From IMG/VR virus record IMGVR_UViG_3300044701_003953, positions 1-64,000 of that record: a stretch of DNA of 64,000 nucleotides; one strand, written 5' to 3'. The notes below the pieces were generated by a model. It saw only the letters and a list, made by a program, of their open reading frames with translations, was not told the origin of the DNA and made no database searches. Position numbers and translations under genes: made by a program. Every line of letters starts with the position of its first letter. The first letter of the stretch is position 1. Shown one piece after another: positions 56,673 to 64,000 of the stretch.

Positions 56673-57896
56673 CTATTTGACTGATTGACGGAACTCAGGA
56701 TAAGCGATGAGTCCACACTCTTCCATGTCAGAACCTTCGTGTTCCTCTTTGGGAGAGACACGCAAGCCCATGACAGCTTTGATGATATACCAAACGATCA
56801 AGCTAGTGATGAACACCCAAGCGAAAATCACGGCAGCACCGTAGGCCTGGGTCAGGAACGATCCGGCTTTGTTGGTCAATGGCACTGCTAACAGTCCCCA
56901 TAGTCCAGCTACACCGTGTACTGAGATAGCACCAACTGGGTCGTCGATTTTGAAAATACGATCTAAAGTCAGGATGGATGCGTAGCAGATCAAACCACCG
57001 ATAGCACCGATTGCCGTAGAGGCGATGGCAGTGCCTGTGAGTGGTTCAGCAGTGATTGACACCAATCCAGCCAAAGCACCGTTTAGCGCCATGGTGATAT
57101 CTGACTTGCCTGTAAACAGTTTACCAGCGACTAATGCCGCTAACAAACCACCCACAGCAGCCATGTTGGTGTTGACGAAGATCTGTGCCACAGCGTTGGC
57201 GTCAGCGAACGTGCTCATCTTCAGTTGTGAGCCACCGTTGAAACCAAACCAACCAAACCACAGGATCCATGTGCCCAGGGCCACCAGTGTGATGTTTGAA
57301 CCTTGGATAGCACGTGGCTTACCATTGGGTCCATACTTGCCTTTTCTAGCACCCAGCAGGATCACACCTGCAAGGGCAGCGGCAGCACCGGCCATGTGTA
57401 CCACGCCTGAACCTGCGAAGTCCAGGAAGCCAGCAGCGTCAAGAGCGCCTTTGCCCCACTTCCAGAAACCTTCCACTGGATAGATGAAGCCAGTCATCAC
57501 TACTGCGAACAACAGGAAGCTCCACAGTTTCATGCGCTCGGCCACTGCTCCCGACACGATGCTCATGGCAGTTGCCACGAACACTACCTGAAACCAGAAG
57601 TCCGACAGTTTGCTGTAGTAAGCGTCGGCAGCGGGTTTGGCATGATCGCCTGCGACCAGGAAATCAAAGCCCGGGATCCACGAACCTTTGGCTCCGCCGT
57701 ACATGATGTTGTAGCCTACGAGTAGGAACATCAAACAAGCGATGCCGTAGAGCGCAAAGTTTTTAGTGATGATCTCTGAGACGTTCTTGGTGCGGACCAT
57801 ACCTGCTTCCAGCATGGTGAAACCTGCGCCCATGAACATGACCATGGCGCCCATGACTAGGAAGTAAAACGTATCTAAGCTATATGCTAGTTCCAT
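56673..57896 (-). CDS. amtB: Ammonium transporter (Amt family)
   Basis: AGFTMLEAG, DFAGSGVVH and ISVHGVAG (twin His), WFGWFGFNGGS, NGALAGLVSIT, IDDPVGA; start trimmed to MELAYSLDT. Confidence 0.93.
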   Translation of the reverse strand: MELAYSLDTFYFLVMGAMVMFMGAGFTMLEAGMVRTKNVSEIITKNFALYGIACLMFLLVGYNIMYGGAKGSWIPGFDFLVAGDHAKPAADAYYSKLSDFWFQVVFVATAMSIVSGAVAERMKLWSFLLFAVVMTGFIYPVEGFWKWGKGALDAAGFLDFAGSGVVHMAGAAAALAGVILLGARKGKYGPNGKPRAIQGSNITLVALGTWILWFGWFGFNGGSQLKMSTFADANAVAQIFVNTNMAAVGGLLAALVAGKLFTGKSDITMALNGALAGLVSITAEPLTGTAIASTAIGAIGGLICYASILTLDRIFKIDDPVGAISVHGVAGLWGLLAVPLTNKAGSFLTQAYGAAVIFAWVFITSLIVWYIIKAVMGLRVSPKEEHEGSDMEECGLIAYPEFRQSVK

Positions 57897-57897
57897 T

Positions 57898-58939
<1,042 letters not shown>

Positions 58940-59096
58940 AGTTGAATTACCTTTCTGCTGATACTCTTGATCAGCGTTGATGTCCAGGGTACTCCTGACC
59001 CTTGACACTAATATATATATAGCAGAGCACAATATCAGTGTGTGTTTTGTAGTATTTTTGTCATGGACATATAGATTTATGTCGTTAGCGACGGAC

Positions 59097-59126
59097 AATA
59101 AAAAACCGCTGCCAAAGACAGCGGTT
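59097..59126 (-). terminator. Terminator after the 64-aa gene
   Basis: Minus aaccgctg-tctttgg-cagcggtt followed by a T tract. Confidence 0.75.
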
Positions 59127-59146
59127 CTAGTCCAAGATACGCGAGA

Positions 59147-59341
59147 TTACTTCTTAGCGTCAGCTTTCTTTTCAGACTTAGCGTCAGCTTTCTTTTCAGA
59201 CTTAGCGTCAGCTTTCTTTTCTTCTTTTTTGGCTTCTGCTTTAGCAGGAGCGGCAGCAGGAGCTGCGGGTGCTTTGGCCGCATCGGCAGCAAACACCGAT
59301 GTAGCAATACCCATCATCAGGGCGGCAACTACGTTTTTCAT
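59147..59341 (-). CDS. Small secreted Lys/Ala-rich protein (acid-shock-protein-like)
   Basis: Signal peptide MKNVVAALMMGIATSVFA; KKADAKSE repeats. Confidence 0.7.
   Translation of the reverse strand: MKNVVAALMMGIATSVFAADAAKAPAAPAAAPAKAEAKKEEKKADAKSEKKADAKSEKKADAKK
59153..59221. repeat. 24-bp tandem repeat, about 2.9 copies
   Basis: cttagcgtcagctttcttttcaga repeated exactly. Confidence 0.9.
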
Positions 59342-59454
59342 TTTGAATTTCCTTTAAAAGAAACTACTCACGTGGTGTAGTGAGACCATCTCACTACTGT
59401 AAATATTTACGCTTAAGATTTTACGCCCAAAAAGAAACCGTCCAATTTGACGAA

Positions 59455-60456
59455 TCAGATTATCTCTACGAGGTTCTCGCGGAATATCTTCCAGCACGAT
59501 TCCCAACTCCACTGTTGGCTAGCTTGTTCAACTCGGTCTCTGGGATAGCCCAAGCAGATACGGGCAGATTCTGTGAGATCTTCGCTCATGTGCCCTGTGA
59601 TGCCGTTTTCCAAGATATCAATGGGGCCAGGTACAGGATAGGCTGCCACCGGAGTGCCCATAGCCAATGCTTCAATGATCACTATACCAAAAGTATCAGC
59701 ACGACTGGCAAACACAAACACATCGGCGTTGGCATAGTAGCGTGCTAGATCCGTACCACGCAAGGCTCCCACAAACTCGATGCTGGGATAGCGAGATTCA
59801 AGTTCTTGACGGTAAGGACCGTCGCCAACCACTATCTTCCTGGCACCTGGTATGTCGATCTCGCAGAAATCATCAAGACCTTTTTCTCGAGACACTCGGC
59901 CCACGCTCAACAGAACAGGTGGTCCCGATTCCTTGGATCGCATGCGATGATCAAAGATGTTGCGATCCACACCGCGTGTCCAGGCTCGGATGTCGCCGCG
60001 GAAGCCATGCTCTTTTAATTCTCTCACCATAGTGTCGGTTGTTGTAAGCACACGACCCGAATGCTTGTGGAACCAACGCAGATAAGCATAAGTGATCCAA
60101 GCAGGAACACCGTAGATCTTTTTCAAGAACTCGGGGAATTTGGTATGGTAGGAAGTGTTGTAGCGATAGAAGTGGCTGTCTAACCACCACCGCGCCGCGA
60201 AGCCAATTGGGCCTTCCGTAGCGATGTGTACATAGTTCGGATCAATCTCTTGGATCTTGTCACCAATGCCCTTGGGCCAACTAAGCCGAACTTCAGGATA
60301 ACCAGGAGCGCCACGATTAGGGAACTGCCGGGGATCAATATAAAAGATATCGTAGCCGTCGCGACGAGCATGTATTTCCAGATTCTGGAAAGTAGTGACC
60401 ACACCGTTGATCTGCGCAGGGTCATTGTCGGTTATGATGAGGATTTTTTTTCGCAT
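59455..60456 (-). CDS. GT-B family 4 glycosyltransferase, Agt-like (diacylglycerol glycosyltransferase)
   Basis: QINGVVTT, HIATEGPIG, YHTKFPEF, WTRGVD, VGRVSREK, DTFGIVIIEALAMGTPV; directly behind plcP. Confidence 0.85.
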   Translation of the reverse strand: MRKKILIITDNDPAQINGVVTTFQNLEIHARRDGYDIFYIDPRQFPNRGAPGYPEVRLSWPKGIGDKIQEIDPNYVHIATEGPIGFAARWWLDSHFYRYNTSYHTKFPEFLKKIYGVPAWITYAYLRWFHKHSGRVLTTTDTMVRELKEHGFRGDIRAWTRGVDRNIFDHRMRSKESGPPVLLSVGRVSREKGLDDFCEIDIPGARKIVVGDGPYRQELESRYPSIEFVGALRGTDLARYYANADVFVFASRADTFGIVIIEALAMGTPVAAYPVPGPIDILENGITGHMSEDLTESARICLGYPRDRVEQASQQWSWESCWKIFRENLVEII

Positions 60457-60525
60457 GAGTGTACTATCTTGTAGCCGCGATAGCGTATGTCGTACCGCAT
60501 GGATGCGACTGCCTGTTCGCAGACT

Positions 60526-61365
60526 TCACGACTGGGCAGATCCATTTGTATCGTTGCTGGTCGATCTTGGGGATTTGTAAGGCTTACTGCTACTAGTATC
60601 AGTGTCCACATCGTCGTGCTCTTTGGTCCAGGTCACTATCTCCCAGCGACCGTCGTAGTGTTCGACAAGGGCAGTCATTGATTCCACCCAATCTCCATCG
60701 TTCATGTATGTGACGCCGTCTATTTCTTTGATCTCAGCGTGATGTATGTGTCCGCAGATAACACCATCAAAGCCACGCTTCTTACAGTATGCGGCAAGGT
60801 TCTTTTCAAATTGAAATATGAAGTCTATGGCTTTTTTCACACGTCCTTTGAGATACTTACTCAACGACCAATAACCAAATCCCATGCGATGTCGTATCCA
60901 ATTAAACTTGCTGTTTAACATCAACACAAAGTCATAGGCCTTGTCGCCTAAAAAGCTGATCCATGGGGCTAGTCTAGTGATACCATCGAAGAGATCACCG
61001 TGTGTGACTAGATAGTGCCGTCCATCTACACCTATGTGTTCGCACTGATTGACCACTTCAATATTGCCAAAGTTGATGCCGTAGGGCATGAGCGGTCTAA
61101 GGAATTCGTCATGATTACCAGCCACATATATGACTCGTGTGCCACGCTTGGCATGACCCATGACACGTCGTACTACATTGGTATGGCTTTGTTTCCAACG
61201 CCATTTGTTTTGCTGTATCCTCCAAGCATCAATGATATCTCCTACTAGGTAAAGCGTTTCACAGGTATGATGTTTGAGGAAGTTGTTTAATTGATTGGCT
61301 TTACAGTCCCGCGTACCAAGATGCACATCAGATATGAATATAGATCTGTAAGTTTGTTGCGGCAT
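60526..61365 (-). CDS. plcP: PlcP-type Mn-dependent metallophosphoesterase (LpxH-like phospholipase C)
   Basis: FISDVHLG, LVGDIID, GNHDE, HGDLFD, YWSLS, CGHIHH, NDGDWVES. Confidence 0.8.
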   Translation of the reverse strand: MPQQTYRSIFISDVHLGTRDCKANQLNNFLKHHTCETLYLVGDIIDAWRIQQNKWRWKQSHTNVVRRVMGHAKRGTRVIYVAGNHDEFLRPLMPYGINFGNIEVVNQCEHIGVDGRHYLVTHGDLFDGITRLAPWISFLGDKAYDFVLMLNSKFNWIRHRMGFGYWSLSKYLKGRVKKAIDFIFQFEKNLAAYCKKRGFDGVICGHIHHAEIKEIDGVTYMNDGDWVESMTALVEHYDGRWEIVTWTKEHDDVDTDTSSSKPYKSPRSTSNDTNGSAQS

Positions 61366-61419
61366 AACAAATATTTACTCTTTCTGCTTTGCGACAAATA
61401 ACTTACTATGACCGTTTCA

Positions 61420-61917
61420 TTACAAGATCCGCATATGCGGATCTATCGCTTTCGCTATTCGCTCAGCGATGTTTTTTCTAAATTAGAACTATTGTTTGTT
61501 TTTAAGTATCATCCAGATTAAGCAGCCACACTTCGCCCCTTGCGGGGCGAAAAAGGTTTTACTAGCATCATCCGAGTAGCACAACCACTTAGCGTTGGAA
61601 CTATGATTGACTATATTTTAATATAAACAATCGCGCAGGCGGTCATCCGGTACCTGCTCATCCCGTCTTCCTATGACGGCGGGGTCTACGACATACGCTA
61701 ACACATCGCAGAGCCGTGTGAGTATCGTTGTAATCTCACATCTTTTAGCCTTGATAAAAGAACATTTGTCTTACAGCGAAACCAGTTGATAAAGGCATAT
61801 CTGGTCATCGTCCTGTCAAGGATAGTCGCTGTATGCTCGCGGCGGCGGCGAGACTTCGGTCCCCGTGATCCAAAGATCCGGTTATCGTCGGCACCCGATG
61901 TTGGCCGGTGCTAGCCT
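61420..61917 (-). ncRNA. Candidate large structured non-coding RNA downstream of the GIY-YIG gene
   Basis: About 500 nt with no ORF of 60 aa or more, at least 8 local hairpins, long-range complementarities and a GCAA tetraloop. Confidence 0.55.
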
Positions 61918-62367
61918 TTACTCGCTGATGATATTTTTAAGTTTGCCCTTGATGTGGGAGCCATGTACACGGACTTGTATGTGTCCGTTATAGTATTCGT
62001 TGGATTCTAAGACTTGGTGTCGGAATTGTTCTCTTGCTTCGATGTAACTGCATTCGGCCTTGCTGTAACAGTAATAGAGTATCTCCCTGGTAAAGTTTTC
62101 GGGACCTAGCGTTTCTACATCTCGGTTTAGTTCGTCGTTTGAGCCATAATAAGTCTGCCAGTCTGAATCGATTTTTGATTTGATGCGTTTTTTCTTTTTA
62201 GTGCCATTCTTCAGTTTAACAGTTCGATAAGTGGTTTTTGAGAATTTTGCCAGTTTTTTGCCTATGTATTTCCTACCTGATACTCGATTCGTGATGAGAT
62301 AGACGAAGCCTACACAATCGTCGGGCAAAGATTCTACGGGTGAGTTCTCGAAAAGCCACATGGACAT
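61918..62367 (-). CDS. Single-domain GIY-YIG endonuclease (Seg-like)
   Basis: GFVYLITN...KYIGKK, YYGS, conserved E (YIEAREQ) and YYN. Confidence 0.8.
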   Translation of the reverse strand: MSMWLFENSPVESLPDDCVGFVYLITNRVSGRKYIGKKLAKFSKTTYRTVKLKNGTKKKKRIKSKIDSDWQTYYGSNDELNRDVETLGPENFTREILYYCYSKAECSYIEAREQFRHQVLESNEYYNGHIQVRVHGSHIKGKLKNIISE

Positions 62368-62391
62368 CCATAGTTATCGTTTTATCGTTGA

Positions 62392-62862
62392 TCATAGATT
62401 TTTTTCGTAGATCCAGCCAAGATGTTCGGTTTCGTGTATCCAGGTGTAGATGGGAAACGTCACGGGCAACACCCATTCTCCGTTCCAACCTAGGTAATCA
62501 CCGCGGATCGCGGGTTCTAACACTATGCCTTGCTGTTCGCAGGTTCTGCGATATGCTTCAGGATAACGCGGATAGTATAAGGCCTGCTGACGGAAACTGT
62601 CAAAATTCATGCCTTCGAACCCGATACCTTCTATGATCACGGCCTTGTCGAGATCCTGTTCGACTACTGTATCGCCGTCCCTTTTGTTGTAGAACTCCAC
62701 GACCAAGAGATGGTCTCCATGTCCTCCGGAGACATCAAAAGTCTTGACGTGGTGATGATCGAGCTCGCCGCGGAACAATACTTGATCGTCCCAACGGATT
62801 TCGATCTCGGGATAGTCGTCCCACCATACGGGTTTTAGAGTGATATCAATGACGGTATCCAT
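62392..62862 (-). CDS. Hypothetical protein coupled to a radical SAM gene
   Basis: Overlaps the radical SAM stop by 17 nt. Confidence 0.65.
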   Translation of the reverse strand: MDTVIDITLKPVWWDDYPEIEIRWDDQVLFRGELDHHHVKTFDVSGGHGDHLLVVEFYNKRDGDTVVEQDLDKAVIIEGIGFEGMNFDSFRQQALYYPRYPEAYRRTCEQQGIVLEPAIRGDYLGWNGEWVLPVTFPIYTWIHETEHLGWIYEKNL

Positions 62863-64000
62863 ATATCCTTAACCAATCTGTTGCTTCAGGTAAAAAATCT
62901 TCGACGGTCTTGTCGTGGAGCTCATCCTGCTCGCTGAGCCTAGCAGCCATATCTCGGCGTAGTTCATCGGCTCCTGCCGGTTCAGGTCTCCGCAAGTGTC
63001 GTATCAACGCTTCTGCTTCGTTCTTTAATGTGATCTCGACGTTGTTGGGATTCTTGGTATTGTTGAATCTTTCACCTTGTATCTGTATGCTGTCTGCGAA
63101 ATCCTGTAAGTGCTGTATAGTATATGCTTTGAGATCCTCGGGCAAGAGATCTGACAACATCCATCTTGGACGATTTGGGTAGCTGGCATCGATGGGGATA
63201 CGACGATCCAGGGCGTGTTTCAGTAGCGTGTGGTATCTTAATACTGATAATGCTGTAGGTACTGTACGGAAAGTCCATTGTACTTCTGGCATAGCATCTC
63301 TCATATCATCCACATTACGCAGGATCTGTGTGATGTCTGCGCCTTGCCGCAGATAATCGTTGGCACGGTCTGCTGTTTCGATGCTGACGCCAATCTCTAC
63401 TCGTTTGAAGATACGCAAGAGATCATGATATTTTGAGTAGTTGATACTACCGTTGGTAGTGAACGACAAGTTTAACCAAGTCATCTTTTTGTCGGCAAAC
63501 ATCTTCAGCAGATCTCGGAAACGCTCAATGAGTTCAGGTTCTCCGCCGATGATGTGTACTACACGAACCGACTCGTAATTTACATCGAACCAGTCAACGA
63601 AACGCTGCCAAGCCACCGGATCCTGCGTCCATGGCTCTAACTTGTAGTCGATAGGAATCCATCCCATCTTCCGTTGATCTTGTGCCACACGGCTAGATGC
63701 TTCGGGCGGACAAAACTTACAGCTGAAATTACAAGTGGTACCGATGTTGAGATGTAGGCTGGCTATGCGGGTAACAGTCTCTCCGTCGTTGTTGGCGCTG
63801 TAATCAAAATACCCTTTGTGCGGACTCTGCTCAAAACTACGGTCAAACTGTCGCTGGAAGATCACCGACTTGAGATTTTCTTTCTGTCTCGCAGATGTAT
63901 AACCGGCAGCATCTTTCATCTGGCACATGCGGCACATAGGATCCACGGTATCACCTAATTTGATCCTGCGCTTTTCCCGCATGCGACTGCTGTTCCAATA
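62846..64000 (-). CDS. Radical SAM protein, 5'-truncated by the window edge
   Basis: CNFSCKFC, IIGGEP, FTTNG; the frame is open to position 64000. Confidence 0.85.
   Translation of the reverse strand, partial: YWNSSRMREKRRIKLGDTVDPMCRMCQMKDAAGYTSARQKENLKSVIFQRQFDRSFEQSPHKGYFDYSANNDGETVTRIASLHLNIGTTCNFSCKFCPPEASSRVAQDQRKMGWIPIDYKLEPWTQDPVAWQRFVDWFDVNYESVRVVHIIGGEPELIERFRDLLKMFADKKMTWLNLSFTTNGSINYSKYHDLLRIFKRVEIGVSIETADRANDYLRQGADITQILRNVDDMRDAMPEVQWTFRTVPTALSVLRYHTLLKHALDRRIPIDASYPNRPRWMLSDLLPEDLKAYTIQHLQDFADSIQIQGERFNNTKNPNNVEITLKNEAEALIRHLRRPEPAGADELRRDMAARLSEQDELHDKTVEDFLPEATDWLRIYGYRH

Noticed and set aside
58940-59098. N-terminal extension of the porin ORF
   Set aside because: The signal peptide and SD (GAAAGG) point to the ATG at 58939.
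58940-59100. Sigma54 (TGGCAC-N5-TTGC) or NtrC site for the nitrogen operon
   Set aside because: No match found on the minus strand by eye.
61366-61420. Pho box upstream of plcP
   Set aside because: No paired CTGTCAT-like 11-bp repeats seen; only the TAAATA motif.
61420-62391. Complete group I intron carrying the GIY-YIG ORF
   Set aside because: Only about 25 nt separate the upstream gene from the ORF, leaving no room for a 5' intron half; no interrupted host gene and no clear P/Q elements. Kept only as a partial resemblance.

Overview
The window is a 64-kb segment of a large T4-like (myovirus) phage genome read in the standard genetic code, and is mostly transcribed on the minus strand. It carries the full head module (portal gp20, protease gp21, scaffold gp22, major capsid gp23, terminase gp17, gp4 nuclease), the neck and tail module (gp13, gp14, gp15, a 1109-aa sheath gp18, tube gp19, tape-measure-like protein, gp26/gp51-like hub proteins), a block of long tail-fibre/adhesin genes, and recombination genes (gp32, uvsX, uvsY). 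Many host-type auxiliary genes are present: cysM, DUF3050, a signal-less dctP, dNMP kinase, Nudix, glycosyltransferases, two radical-SAM proteins, a TorF-porin/glnK/amt operon and a PlcP+Agt lipid-remodelling pair. The best non-coding and recoding signals are: (1) a leaderless 40-aa leader peptide using 19 of 20 amino acids, with a textbook attenuator upstream of covarying RNA hairpin cassettes at the left edge; (2) a roughly 500-nt densely structured RNA-like region fused behind a minimal GIY-YIG nuclease; (3) a U_UUU_UUC slippery site plus stem predicting a -1 frameshift between the gp26/gp51-like ORFs; (4) a TAAATA-N5-ATG leaderless late-gene architecture; and (5) a shared LAGL/LSGL peptide motif linking the scaffold C-terminus to unknown head-region proteins. 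All family assignments come from motif recognition by eye; no database searches were run.
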